From Candidatus Caldarchaeum sp. (GTDB lineage: Archaea; Thermoproteota; Nitrososphaeria_A; Caldarchaeales; Caldarchaeaceae): a stretch of DNA of 46,152 bases. Below are positions 17,780 through 27,323 of this stretch, piece by piece; the stretch's first letter is position 1; each line of letters starts with the position of its first letter. Made by a program: the position numbers and the translations under genes. The stretch is from NCBI GenBank assembly GCA_025054515.1, contig JANWZT010000001.1:1-46152 (forward strand), read 5' to 3'. The notes beneath the pieces were generated by a model. It had not been told where the DNA came from. It saw only the letters and a list, made by a program, of their open reading frames with translations, and did no database searches.

Positions 17780-17979
17780 AATATATCATCAACGGCGTCG
17801 AAAAACCCTACATCCAGCAAAACATACACCAGCTCCTCCAGTCGCATGGCATAGACCCCGAGAAACAGGGCATAGCCGTGGCGGTCAACGGCGAAGTCAT
17901 AGCCCGAAGCATGTGGAGAAACTACGTCATAAAGCCGGGCGACCGCGTGGATATAGTGACAGCTGTCGCGGGTGGATGA
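17776..17979 (+). CDS. thiS: Sulfur carrier protein ThiS
   Basis: 67 aa with a ubiquitin-like pattern, ending in ...IVTAVAGG (C-terminal GG). ATGA overlap with thiO. Confidence 0.85.
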   Translation: MKYIINGVEKPYIQQNIHQLLQSHGIDPEKQGIAVAVNGEVIARSMWRNYVIKPGDRVDIVTAVAGG

Positions 17980-18754
17980 AATGGAGGACGACAGGTTGAC
18001 GATAGCGGGAAAGGTTTTCAGCTCTCGGCTGTTCGTCGGAACAGCACGCTACCCTAACATCAAAACCATGCTCGACGCACTCGAGGCAAGCGGAACAGAA
18101 GCCGTCACCGTGGCCATCCGCCGCATCAACATCAACCAACCCGGCGAAACCATCCTAAACGCCCTAACAGGCAAATACTTCATCATACCCAACACAGCCG
18201 GCTGCTACACAGCCAAAGAAGCAGTCCTCACAGCCAAGCTGGCCCGAGAAGCCCTCGGCACCGACTGGGTCAAACTCGAGGTGATAGGCGACGACGAAAC
18301 CCTTTACCCCGACACCGTGCAACTGCTTCAAGCGGCTAAACAACTCGTCGACGAAGGCTTCGTCGTCCTTCCATACTGCAACGACGACCCCGTCACATGC
18401 ATGGCTCTGGAAAGAATCGGATGCGAAGCCGTCATGCCTCTCGGCGCCCCGATCGGCTCCGGCATGGGGATTCTAAACCCTTACAACATCCGCATCATCA
18501 AGCAGAAAGCATCCGTCCCCGTGATAGTTGACGCAGGAGTCGGCACCGCATCCGACGTAGCCGTGGCCATGGAGCTGGGGGTGGACGGAGTTTTGGTGAA
18601 CACGGCGATCGCCCAAGCCAGAAATCCCGTGATGATGGCGCAGGCCATCAAACAAGCCGTCGAAGCTGGAAGGCTCGCCTACAAGGCCGGAAGAATACCA
18701 CGGCTTTACCACGCCCATCCATCTTCGCCGACGGAAGGAAAGGTCGATGTTTAA
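17972..18754 (+). CDS. thiG: Thiazole synthase
   Basis: [37 protein letters not shown] and [12 protein letters not shown]. Confidence 0.95.
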   Translation: MDEMEDDRLTIAGKVFSSRLFVGTARYPNIKTMLDALEASGTEAVTVAIRRININQPGETILNALTGKYFIIPNTAGCYTAKEAVLTAKLAREALGTDWVKLEVIGDDETLYPDTVQLLQAAKQLVDEGFVVLPYCNDDPVTCMALERIGCEAVMPLGAPIGSGMGILNPYNIRIIKQKASVPVIVDAGVGTASDVAVAMELGVDGVLVNTAIAQARNPVMMAQAIKQAVEAGRLAYKAGRIPRLYHAHPSSPTEGKVDV

Positions 18755-19382
18755 AATCCCACATCCGCCCGTGTTGCTCGTCGCCGACGTCGGTTTCTTC
18801 GGCGAAAACCTGCATACGGTCGTTGGAGAATGTTTGGCAGCGGGATGCCGCTGGGTGGTGGTCAGAGCCAAGAAAAGGCCTGTCGAAGAAGTGAAAACGG
18901 CTGTGAAAAAGGTTCTACATGAAGCAAACGAATACGAAGGCCTTGTCTTCGTCAACTCCTTCGCCGAAGTGGCCGCAGAGCTGGATGCTCACGGCGTTCA
19001 CCTACCGCAGGGGTACAGCGTCCAACAAGCGAAACAAGTCGTCGGAAAAAAGCCGGTCGGTGTTTCAGCCCATTCGCTGACCGAGGCGTTGGAAGCCGAA
19101 AAAGACGGCGCCGACTACGTAACGCTAAGCCCCGTCTTCCCCTCGATAAGCAAAGAAGGATATTCGAAGACGGTTGGGCTGGAGGGAATCAAGATTGTAT
19201 CGTCGAAGCTGCGTATCCCAGTTGTCGCGTTGGGTGGAATAAGGCCCGGCAACGCCGCATCATGCTTGCTCAACGGAGCCAAAGCCGTCGCTCTTTTGGG
19301 AGCCTTGTCAGAATCTGTCCCTCCATCAACCGTGATACGGCGAATCATCGACGAAATCCGTCAAAACAATCCACAAACATAG
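18747..19382 (+). CDS. thiE: Thiamine-phosphate synthase
   Basis: VVVRAKK..., [25 protein letters not shown] and VVALGGI. Confidence 0.9.
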   Translation: MFKIPHPPVLLVADVGFFGENLHTVVGECLAAGCRWVVVRAKKRPVEEVKTAVKKVLHEANEYEGLVFVNSFAEVAAELDAHGVHLPQGYSVQQAKQVVGKKPVGVSAHSLTEALEAEKDGADYVTLSPVFPSISKEGYSKTVGLEGIKIVSSKLRIPVVALGGIRPGNAASCLLNGAKAVALLGALSESVPPSTVIRRIIDEIRQNNPQT

Positions 19383-19655
19383 ACGTCTAATTCTCAGGCA
19401 TTTCATCACATCGGTCGGGGCCTGCCGGTAAACCCATATATCTCCGAAGTGGACAATAGTAGGTCTTTTGGGTAATACGATAACGGTTTTTTGAGAAAGG
19501 CCATCGAGGAAGTCAGCAGACGGGAAATTCTGAAGCTCAAAGGAATCGTCGAAGAGCTGAAGCCCGTTCTCGACCAAATCGACATGGATAATGTCGTGAG
19601 CACGGCGAGGCTTTACCGGGAAAGAAGACCGTAGAAACCGCTGACAAAAGCTCAT
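19326..19655 (-). CDS. Hypothetical protein downstream of HEPN-MNT module 2 (doubtful)
   Basis: A 109-aa ORF only, with no motif recognised. It overlaps the thiE 3' end and competes with a plausible short + strand reading frame (19491..19634). Confidence 0.3.
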   Translation of the reverse strand: MSFCQRFLRSSFPVKPRRAHDIIHVDLVENGLQLFDDSFELQNFPSADFLDGLSQKTVIVLPKRPTIVHFGDIWVYRQAPTDVMKCLRIRRLCLWIVLTDFVDDSPYHG

Positions 19656-19671
19656 CCAGATGTTGAAAACC

Positions 19672-20019
19672 TCAAACCAATTTGATTCTGAGGCCTTTGT
19701 TCACCGCTTCATGCACGACGATTTTCCTGTCCCTGTATTCCTTTATCTGGGATGGTGTGTATGGGAAGAGCTCCAAAGTGAAGGAGCCGTCCCACATACC
19801 GCTGAGCAGCATCAAGTTTTCGACGAAACTTCGTTTTCCAAACTCTTCGGAAACCACGACCATGTCGAGGTCGCTTTCACGCAGCGGAATGCCGTAAACC
19901 CTTGAGCCAAACAAATAAACCTCTTCAACGTTCAACTCCTTCTTCAGCCTTTTCAGAAACCGGGCCAGCTCCATCTTCCTCCTCTTCGAAAGCGCCACTT
20001 TCTCCAACTCCTTCATCAA
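19672..20019 (-). CDS. Minimal nucleotidyltransferase (MNT), HEPN-MNT module 2
   Basis: EVYLFGSRVYGIPLRESDLDMVVV (GS...D-x-D motif), 115 aa. Confidence 0.85.
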   Translation of the reverse strand: MMKELEKVALSKRRKMELARFLKRLKKELNVEEVYLFGSRVYGIPLRESDLDMVVVSEEFGKRSFVENLMLLSGMWDGSFTLELFPYTPSQIKEYRDRKIVVHEAVNKGLRIKLV

Positions 20020-20025
20020 GGAAGG

Positions 20026-20484
20026 TTACCTCCTTTTCCTCGCCCATTCCAAAACCTTTTCAGCAGCGGTCAGACATCGCGTGGCGATCTCCCTGCTGTA
20101 GATCTCGCTCGGAACCGCGTTGGCGGCGTTCGGATACCTCGCAACCATGTAGTGCGGGTTCAGCACCTTCAGCTCGTCCAAAACTTCTTCCGCTTCCAAC
20201 GTCTTACCCAGCCTAACGAGGTTTTGGCCTTTCGGTGGCAGACGCGATTTTAACGTGATGTAGAGAGCTTTCAAGGCCTTTTCAGCGGCTTGATGCGATA
20301 GAAAAGCCGCCACGCTGTATTCCTCCAAGTCAAAGTTCTTCTTCGCCTGCCTCAGGTTGTGCTGGGCTTCATGCCACCAATCCAAGGCTTCTTCTCTGAC
20401 ATCGCTCACGGGCAAACCTTCCAACCAGAAAGCCGCGTCAACAATTTTATACATTAACCCGCTGCCAAAACAGCCCCCATGCAA
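20026..20484 (-). CDS. HEPN domain protein, HEPN-MNT module 2
   Basis: AAFLSHQAAEKALKALYI...GQNLVRL...PHYMVARYP. The likely true start is the internal ATG near 20452 (MYKIVD...). Confidence 0.8.
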   Translation of the reverse strand: MHGGCFGSGLMYKIVDAAFWLEGLPVSDVREEALDWWHEAQHNLRQAKKNFDLEEYSVAAFLSHQAAEKALKALYITLKSRLPPKGQNLVRLGKTLEAEEVLDELKVLNPHYMVARYPNAANAVPSEIYSREIATRCLTAAEKVLEWARKRR

Positions 20485-20562
20485 AACCCATGAATGCAGT
20501 AGAAGCGGCTAAGCTCGGATGCAAAGCAAAAATACAGATTTGACGGAATATCTCTGTTCTTC

Positions 20563-22623
20563 ATGACTGGCGGCGGGAAAGACCCTGTTTGCGGCATGTT
20601 TGTTGATGATTCGCCTGATGCTTTAAGCGCTGTCGTCCGCGGACGGAGGTATCTTTTCTGCAGCGAGGCCTGCATGCATTCTTTCCTGATGCCGGAGATG
20701 GAGTTTCGAAGGCTGAAGCGTTTGACCGTGATGAGCTTTGTTTTCGGGCTGCCGATAATGGTTTTGATGATGGTTCCTGTTTTGCCGACGGGTTTTCCCG
20801 GTGAATACGTTTTCTTCGCGTTGGCGACTCCCGTCCAGTTTGTGGCTGGCTCGCAGTTCTACCGCGGCATGTTCCATGCTCTACGGGCTGGGGCCGCGAA
20901 CATGGACACCCTCATCGCGGTCGGAACATCGGCGGCATACGGCTACAGCGTCTTCGTAACCTTCTTCCCCCACGTCTTCCCGCACGGCACCTACTTCGAA
21001 GTATCGACTCTGATCATCGCCTTCATCCTGCTGGGCAAAGTATTGGAGCACCGCGTCAGGCTAAGAGCATCCGACACCGTCCGCAAGCTTCTCGAACTAC
21101 GGCCATCCATGGCACGCGTGATACGAGACGGCGTCGAAACCGAGATCCCCGTCGAACGCGTTGAGGTCGGCGACGTGGTGGTCGTGAGGCCCGGTGAAAA
21201 AATCCCTGTCGACGGTGTGGTTGTGGAAGGTTATGCGGCGGTTGACGAGAAGATGATAACTGGTGAAAGCATTCCCGTGGATAAGACGGTGGGCGACGGC
21301 GTCATCGGTGGGACAATCAACACCAACGGGTTCATCAAGGTGAGGGCGGAGAAGGTTGGAATGGATACGGTGTTGGCCCAGATTATTGACTTGGTTGAAA
21401 GGGCGCAGGCGGGCCGTGCTCCGGTCGAGAAGCTGGCGGACAAAGTTGCGTCGGTTTTTGTTCCCGTGGTGGTGGCTGTTGCTTTGGCGGCGTTGGTCGG
21501 CTGGACGGCTGTGGACGGCTCGGTGTTTCCACGCGGGTTCGTCGCCTTCGTCGCCGTGTTGATTATCGCATGCCCCTGTGCGCTGGGTCTCGCCACACCC
21601 GCGGCGTTGGTCGTTGGCGTTGGAAGGGGGGCGGAGAACGGGGTGTTGATTAAGGGAGGCGAATCCGTGCAAAAAGCCAGCGCCGTCGACACGGTTGTCT
21701 TCGACAAAACCGGGACGTTGACCATCGGCCAGCCGGCGGTTTCAGACGTCGTGGGCCTTCACGGTTTCGCAGAAAACGAGGTAATCCGGTTCACGGCCTC
21801 CGCCGAAAAAGGTTCCGAACACCCCGTCGCCAAAGCCATAATCAAACACGCTGTCGAAACAGGCGTCGAGATTTCGGAGCCGTCTCATTTTGTGTATCTG
21901 CCTGGCGCGGGTGTGAAGGCCGTGGTCGATGGCCGGCATGTGACGGTGGGTAAGCTCAAGCTGGTCGAGGACGATGGTGTTGATGTTTCGGCTTGTCTGC
22001 CGTTTGTGGAGAGGTTTTGGGATGAGGGGAAGACCGTGATGGTTGTGGCCGTAGACGGAGTTGTTGCGGGGGTTATCGCTGTCTCGGATGTGGTGAAGCC
22101 GTCTGCATCCGAAGCCGTGGCCCGTCTCAAGCAGATGGGCCTGCGTGTGATGATGCTGACGGGCGATAACGCGAAGACAGCCAAAGCGGTCGCGGCGAAA
22201 ATCGGCATAGACGAAGCCATCGCCGAGGTGTTGCCGCATCAAAAATCCGAAACCATCCAAGCCCTACGGAATGAAGGCCGTCGTGTCGCTATGGTCGGCG
22301 ACGGGGTCAACGACGCCCCTGCTTTGACGGCGGCGGACGTGGGCATCGCGGTGGGAAGCGGGACAGAAGTTGCGGTCGAGTCGGCGGACATCGTGTTGCT
22401 CAGCGAAGACCTCCGGAAGATTCCGACAGCTTTGTCGCTCGCCCGGAAAACCATGCAGAAAATCCGTCAAAACCTCTTCTGGGCCTTCGTCTACAACATC
22501 GTCCTGATACCCGTAGCCGCCACGGGCTTCCTCAACCCCGTCCTCGCCGCCGTCGCCATGGCCCTCAGCTCCGTCAGCGTCGTCACCAACTCCCTCAGCC
22601 TAAAAACAACGAAGCTCATGTAA
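20563..22623 (+). CDS. copA: Copper-translocating P1B-type ATPase with N-terminal YHS/TRASH-like metal-binding domain
   Basis: DPVCGMFVD...[13 protein letters not shown] at the N-terminus. Also [10 protein letters not shown] (CPC), DKTGTLT, MLTGDN and [10 protein letters not shown]. Confidence 0.95.
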   Translation: MTGGGKDPVCGMFVDDSPDALSAVVRGRRYLFCSEACMHSFLMPEMEFRRLKRLTVMSFVFGLPIMVLMMVPVLPTGFPGEYVFFALATPVQFVAGSQFYRGMFHALRAGAANMDTLIAVGTSAAYGYSVFVTFFPHVFPHGTYFEVSTLIIAFILLGKVLEHRVRLRASDTVRKLLELRPSMARVIRDGVETEIPVERVEVGDVVVVRPGEKIPVDGVVVEGYAAVDEKMITGESIPVDKTVGDGVIGGTINTNGFIKVRAEKVGMDTVLAQIIDLVERAQAGRAPVEKLADKVASVFVPVVVAVALAALVGWTAVDGSVFPRGFVAFVAVLIIACPCALGLATPAALVVGVGRGAENGVLIKGGESVQKASAVDTVVFDKTGTLTIGQPAVSDVVGLHGFAENEVIRFTASAEKGSEHPVAKAIIKHAVETGVEISEPSHFVYLPGAGVKAVVDGRHVTVGKLKLVEDDGVDVSACLPFVERFWDEGKTVMVVAVDGVVAGVIAVSDVVKPSASEAVARLKQMGLRVMMLTGDNAKTAKAVAAKIGIDEAIAEVLPHQKSETIQALRNEGRRVAMVGDGVNDAPALTAADVGIAVGSGTEVAVESADIVLLSEDLRKIPTALSLARKTMQKIRQNLFWAFVYNIVLIPVAATGFLNPVLAAVAMALSSVSVVTNSLSLKTTKLM

Positions 22624-22634
22624 AAAAGAGGTTG

Positions 22635-23666
22635 TTATGGCCGTCGGGCCTCGGCCGGCGGTAGGAAACGGTCGGTGAAAAGCTCGTTCACGGAAATCTT
22701 CCTCGGCAACTCCATTCCTTCGGTAACTATGTCGATGTGCCGTGCGAGCCTCTGCGGAGACGCGTAGCACAGCCCATTCTGCCGGACTTCGGGAGTGAGG
22801 ACGAGTTTGTCGATGGCGAGTAGTAGCCTTTCTTTCTCTATGGTGGCGTTGACGGTCGGGTCTTTTATCCGGAGGAAGTTTATGGTCTGGTCTGGGTTTT
22901 TGATGGATTCCTGCCAGCCGTAAATCACGCCTTCGACGATGACTCTAACGGTTGCCGGGTCTTTCTCGATGACGTCCTTCCGTGTGACGAGAGCCAAGCC
23001 GTAAAGGTCCAGCCCGTATTCGGGATAGTGGAAGACGACGATGTCTTCGCCACGTACACCCAACTGCTTCAGCGTCAAAACAGCGTCTATGAAAGGCGCC
23101 GTCGCATCCACTTCACCCCTTACAAGAAGAGGCTCCCTCAGGGCAGGCGAAACAGAAACCCATTCAACGGACTGCGGGTTGATTCCGACGTTTCGGGCGA
23201 ACAACGGGAACAACCGCCTTGCAGCAGCTCCTTCCGGCGCCGCAATCTTTTTACCCTGCAGGTCTTTGGGAGCCGCGATGCCCGTTTTCTTCAAAGTCAT
23301 GATGCTGAGCGGCGAATAGTTGTAGACAACGCATAGAGCCAGCAGCTCCCTGCCGGGGTTTTTGCTGTTGAACTCCGTAAGAACGGCGAGGTCGACGATT
23401 CCAAAGTCGTAGGCCCCGGCCGCGATTTTCGACGCCGCGTCGGCGGAGCCGTAGCCTCTGTCAACGATGACAGCGTATCCCCGGCTGGAGTAGAAGCCTT
23501 TATCGACGGGGACGAGGTAGGGTGCGTAGACTCCTTGCCAAGCCCAGTCGGTGGTGAATTTGACTTGTTTTACCTGAGCTGGTGTGACGAATACCGGGGG
23601 GATGAAGAGGCCGACGACGAACCCGACGGCGAGGAAAACTACAGCTACGATTGCTGTTGTTTTCAC
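22635..23666 (-). CDS. NMT1/THI5-like (SsuA/NitT/TauT-type) substrate-binding protein, membrane-anchored
   Basis: An N-terminal TM anchor (TAIVAVVFLAVGFVVGLFI) is followed by a periplasmic-binding-protein-like domain (FTTDWAWQGVYAPYLVPVDKGFY...). Confidence 0.75.
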   Translation of the reverse strand: MKTTAIVAVVFLAVGFVVGLFIPPVFVTPAQVKQVKFTTDWAWQGVYAPYLVPVDKGFYSSRGYAVIVDRGYGSADAASKIAAGAYDFGIVDLAVLTEFNSKNPGRELLALCVVYNYSPLSIMTLKKTGIAAPKDLQGKKIAAPEGAAARRLFPLFARNVGINPQSVEWVSVSPALREPLLVRGEVDATAPFIDAVLTLKQLGVRGEDIVVFHYPEYGLDLYGLALVTRKDVIEKDPATVRVIVEGVIYGWQESIKNPDQTINFLRIKDPTVNATIEKERLLLAIDKLVLTPEVRQNGLCYASPQRLARHIDIVTEGMELPRKISVNELFTDRFLPPAEARRP

Positions 23667-23687
23667 ATCGTATTAGTGAGCGGCTTG

Positions 23688-23695
23688 TATTTAAA
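23688..23695 (+). promoter_or_regulatory. TATA-box-like element upstream of asd / aro operon
   Basis: TATTTAAA lies in the divergent intergenic gap, about 40-60 nt upstream of the candidate asd starts (23736 GTG, 23754 ATG). Confidence 0.4.
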
Positions 23696-23735
23696 CCGGT
23701 TAAACGCATCCGCCAGAAAAAGGTAAAAAGCCGAT

Positions 23736-24806
23736 GTGAAACTGTTCACCATCATGAAGAAGTATAGTGTCGCGATTCTCGGCGCCACGGGCATGGTCGG
23801 CCAGCACTACATCAAGATGCTCTACAACCATCCATGGTTTAAGGTTACGGCGTTGACTGGGAAGGAGTCGGTGGGGAAGAAGTATGTGGAGGCGGTGAGG
23901 GGCGAGGCTCCTGCTCCGCCGAAGGAGATTGCGGAGATGGAGGTTTTGCCCACCGACCCGAAGAAAGTGGACGCTGATTTCGTCTTTTCGTGTCTTCCGA
24001 CGGAGGCGGCGCGGGAATCTGAACCTCTCTTCGCTAAAGCGGGCATCCCTGTTTTCAGCGACGCCGCCGCATACAGGATGGAGGAAGACGTGCCGCTCAT
24101 CGTTCCCGAAATCAACCCCGACCACCTCAACCTCGTGAAACAACAGCGTAAAAACCGCGGCTGGGACGGCTACATCGTCACAACCCCCAACTGCACAACC
24201 GTAGGCCTCGTCCTCCCCCTACATCCGCTACACATCAACTTCGGAATCAAGCGGGTCATCGTGACGACGATGCAGGCTGTTTCGGGCGCTGGATATCCCG
24301 GCGTCGCCTCGCTGTCCATCATGGGCAACATCATCCCATACATCTCGGGCGAGGAGAAAAAAGTCGAGACAGAGACCGCCAAAATATTCGGCCGCCTCCA
24401 CGACAACCACCTCCACTACGACGACGTCGAAGTCTTCGCAACATGCACACGCGTCCCGACCCTCGACGGCCACATGGAATCCATCTACGTCGAAACCGAG
24501 AAAAAAATAACGCCCGAAACAGTGACGCAGGCCCTCGAAGAATATGTTTCGGTTCCGCAGGAGCTGAACCTTCCAACCGCCCCGTCGAAGCCCATCATCG
24601 TCCGCAAAGAACCCGACAGGCCTCAGACACGGATAGACGTTGACGCTGGCTCGGTTCCCGGCATGGCCGTGACGGTCGGCCGCATCCGGGTCGAGGACAA
24701 CAGGGCCCGGTTTATTTCCCTCAGCCACAACCTCATCAGGGGAGCCGCTGGCGGAACCATCCTGACCGCGGAGCTGGCCCATCACATGGGTTTGCTGGAG
24801 GAATGA
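23736..24806 (+). CDS. asd: Aspartate-semialdehyde dehydrogenase
   Basis: VAILGATGMVGQ, TTPNCTTVGL (active-site Cys) and QAVSGAGYPG. An alternative start is ATG 23754. Confidence 0.95.
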   Translation: MKLFTIMKKYSVAILGATGMVGQHYIKMLYNHPWFKVTALTGKESVGKKYVEAVRGEAPAPPKEIAEMEVLPTDPKKVDADFVFSCLPTEAARESEPLFAKAGIPVFSDAAAYRMEEDVPLIVPEINPDHLNLVKQQRKNRGWDGYIVTTPNCTTVGLVLPLHPLHINFGIKRVIVTTMQAVSGAGYPGVASLSIMGNIIPYISGEEKKVETETAKIFGRLHDNHLHYDDVEVFATCTRVPTLDGHMESIYVETEKKITPETVTQALEEYVSVPQELNLPTAPSKPIIVRKEPDRPQTRIDVDAGSVPGMAVTVGRIRVEDNRARFISLSHNLIRGAAGGTILTAELAHHMGLLEE

Positions 24807-24811
24807 CGTGA

Positions 24812-25600
24812 TTGGTTTTCGGTAAACAGGTTCGGCTGAACAGGCTTTTGGAGAACGGGCGGATGCTCTGCGTCCCGATGGACCACGGTGTTTCGGTAGG
24901 CCCCGTTCAAGGACTTGAGCAGATTGACGCGATGATGTATTTGCTTGAAGAGGCGGGTGTGACGGCTCTTCTCGCCCACAAAGGTGTTTTCCGTTCGTTG
25001 AAAAGGCCTTTGAAAGTCGGGTCCATCATGCATCTGTCGGGAAGCACTCAACTTAGCAGCCGATATAACCGTAAAGTCGCCGTGGCATCCGTCGAAGAGG
25101 CCCTTCGTCTGGGAGTTGACGCGGTCTCGGTTCACATCAACGTGGGAGGGAGCGACGACGACGTGATGTTGCAGCATCTCGGCGAAACCGCTGACGCATG
25201 CGATGAATGGCAGGTTCCGTTGATAGCGATGATGTATCCCCGCGGCGAGAACATCAAGGACGCCAACGACCCGTGGGTCATCAGCCACGTCGCAAGGGTT
25301 GGAGCTGAGCTGGGCGCCGACATCGTCAAAACACCTCTGCCGTCGGCCAACGTCCGCGACATCGAGAAAATCGTCAAAAGCGTTCCCGCGCCAATCGTCG
25401 CCGCCGGAGGCCCGAAGATGGACAGGGACGAAGACGTTCTCCGTCTCGCATACGCCGCCGTAGCAGGTGGATGCCTTGGAATAACCTTCGGCCGCAACGT
25501 CTTCCAGCATAGGTCGCCGGCGGATATGGTGAAGGCCCTCCGTAAAATCGTGTTGGAAAACCGCTCGGTCGAAGAAGCGTTGTCGGTTCTGACGCCATGA
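24812..25600 (+). CDS. aroA': 2-amino-3,7-dideoxy-D-threo-hept-6-ulosonate (ADH) synthase, archaeal shikimate pathway step 1
   Basis: VPMDHGVSVGP, AVSVHINVGG, PLIAMMYPRG, GAELGADIVKT, APIVAAGGPK and FGRNVFQH. This is a close recollected parallel to the MJ0400 family. TTG start. Confidence 0.85.
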   Translation: MVFGKQVRLNRLLENGRMLCVPMDHGVSVGPVQGLEQIDAMMYLLEEAGVTALLAHKGVFRSLKRPLKVGSIMHLSGSTQLSSRYNRKVAVASVEEALRLGVDAVSVHINVGGSDDDVMLQHLGETADACDEWQVPLIAMMYPRGENIKDANDPWVISHVARVGAELGADIVKTPLPSANVRDIEKIVKSVPAPIVAAGGPKMDRDEDVLRLAYAAVAGGCLGITFGRNVFQHRSPADMVKALRKIVLENRSVEEALSVLTP

Positions 25601-26598
25601 AGAAAATCGTCGTCAACGTGGGCGGGAGCGAGGAGCTTCTGCGGAAGGCCGTCAAGCTCGGTGTCGGCTCTTTCGTCTCCGACAAGCCTTTGGAAAACCT
25701 TGAAACATACGTGCCGGCCCGTGACGGATATGAAAGGCATGGCGACGGCCGTGCTTTTGTTCCCCGCGTCGTCGTCAAATCCCCTAAGGATTTGGAGGCT
25801 GTGGTGGAGCATGCCCGGAAAGGGGTCGGCGAAGTGGTTATCGCGACGCCTGACTGGAAGATAATTCCCGTCGAAAACCTGCTGGCCATGGTTGAAGGGC
25901 TGAACTGCCGAATCCTCGCCGAGGTTTCAAACGTATCTGAAGCGGAGCTTTTCATCAACATTTTGGAGAAGGGGGTTGACGGTGTGATGGCGAAGCCATC
26001 ATCCGAGCAGGAGCTGAAGATTCTGGTGGAATTGATGAAGAAGCCTGTCGAGGTTGGGTTGGTTGAGGCAGTTGTCGAGGATGTTAGGGACGTCGGCGTC
26101 GGAGACCGTGCGTGCGTGGATACGGTCACGATGATGGAAAGCGGCGAAGGACTGCTTGTCGGAAGCAGGGCCTACATGTTCTTCCTCATCCACAACGAAT
26201 CGATTGGCTCGAGCTTCACTTCTCCGAGGCCTTTCCGAGTCAACGCCGGAGCAGTCCACAGCTACGTTCTCATGCCCGACGGCTCCACACGCTACCTCTC
26301 TGAACTCGAGTCGGGAGACCGCGTGCTGATCGTTTCGCGGACAGGCCGAACCAGGATAGCATCGGTCGGCCGCGTCAAAATCGAAAGAAGGCCTCTGCGT
26401 TTGGTCAGGGCACGAGTAGATGGCGTGTTGGGGACGGTGACGGTCCAGAACGCCGAAACCATCCGCTTCGTCAAACCAAACGGGGAGCTCGTTCCCGTGA
26501 CGGAGCTGAAAAAAGACGACCGAATACTCTGCCACGTTACAGAGGCCCGGGGCCGTCACTTTGGAATGGCCGTCGAAGAAACCGTCATAGAAAAATAG
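25597..26598 (+). CDS. aroB': 3-dehydroquinate synthase II (archaeal type)
   Basis: GDRACVDT..., RPFRVNAGAVHSYV, RYLSELESGDRVLIV, VGRVKIERRPL, QNAETIRFV and RHFGMAVEETVIEK, as in the MJ1249 family. ATGA overlap with the upstream gene. Confidence 0.9.
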   Translation: MKKIVVNVGGSEELLRKAVKLGVGSFVSDKPLENLETYVPARDGYERHGDGRAFVPRVVVKSPKDLEAVVEHARKGVGEVVIATPDWKIIPVENLLAMVEGLNCRILAEVSNVSEAELFINILEKGVDGVMAKPSSEQELKILVELMKKPVEVGLVEAVVEDVRDVGVGDRACVDTVTMMESGEGLLVGSRAYMFFLIHNESIGSSFTSPRPFRVNAGAVHSYVLMPDGSTRYLSELESGDRVLIVSRTGRTRIASVGRVKIERRPLRLVRARVDGVLGTVTVQNAETIRFVKPNGELVPVTELKKDDRILCHVTEARGRHFGMAVEETVIEK

Positions 26599-26633
26599 GC
26601 GTTGGAAAGCTTTCTGGCTGGGCGGCGTTTTCC

Positions 26634-27323
26634 GTGAAAACTCTAATCTGTGCCTCGGTTTTCGGAAAGGATGAGGACGAGCTCGTTGAACGTGTTTCGC
26701 AGGCGTTGGGCCGCGGCGCCGACTTGGTCGAGGTGAGGCTTGACCTTTCGAATTACACGGATGTTGACCGGCTTTGTTCCGTGCTCGGGCCTTTTTCGGA
26801 GAAGCTCGTCGTTACCTGCCGGCCCGTGGAAGAAGGCGGCAAATCAACTCTTCCGAAGGATGAGCGGCTGAATTTGCTGGAGAAATTGGCGGAGATGGGC
26901 GTGGGCTACGTCGACGTGGAGCTGAAAATCGTGGATGATGATGCCGCCGCCCGTTTGAAGAAACTTTGCCGTCGGTTGATTGTTTCGTGGCACAACTTCG
27001 AAACCACTCCAGACACCATGACGCTCGTCGACGTCGGCCGCAAATGCTTGAGACACGGCGACATCGCCAAAATAGTCACCTTCTCCCGCGGAGCCGAAGA
27101 CAACTACCGCTTGCTCGGCGTTTACTCGTTTCTGCCGAGGACCAAGGTTGTGGCCTTCTGCATGGGTGAGGAAGGATGGATTACGAGGGTTCTTTCGATG
27201 GCGGCTGGAGCTCCTATCGCGTATGCTTCGCTGGATGAGTTGAGGACGGCGCCGGGCCAGCTCCGTGTCGAGGAGATGGTGGCGATGAGGGACAGCATCG
27301 TTCAGGGAGTGGCGGTGGATTGA
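26634..27323 (+). CDS. aroD: 3-dehydroquinate dehydratase, type I
   Basis: GADLVEVRLDL, YVDVEL, IVSWHNFETTP and AKIV patterns. Position within the aro operon supports the call. Confidence 0.85.
   Translation: MKTLICASVFGKDEDELVERVSQALGRGADLVEVRLDLSNYTDVDRLCSVLGPFSEKLVVTCRPVEEGGKSTLPKDERLNLLEKLAEMGVGYVDVELKIVDDDAAARLKKLCRRLIVSWHNFETTPDTMTLVDVGRKCLRHGDIAKIVTFSRGAEDNYRLLGVYSFLPRTKVVAFCMGEEGWITRVLSMAAGAPIAYASLDELRTAPGQLRVEEMVAMRDSIVQGVAVD

Noticed and set aside
23694-23701. The AACCGGTT palindrome in the binding-protein/asd divergent promoter region.
   Set aside because: It is only 8 bp, embedded in the TATA-like TATTTAAA tract, and too short to claim as an operator.
25132-26129. Long minus-strand ORFs 25132..25812 and 25374..26129.
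   Set aside because: They are antisense to aroA' and aroB', which have strong motif support. Their composition is low-complexity Ser/Thr/Pro/Arg.
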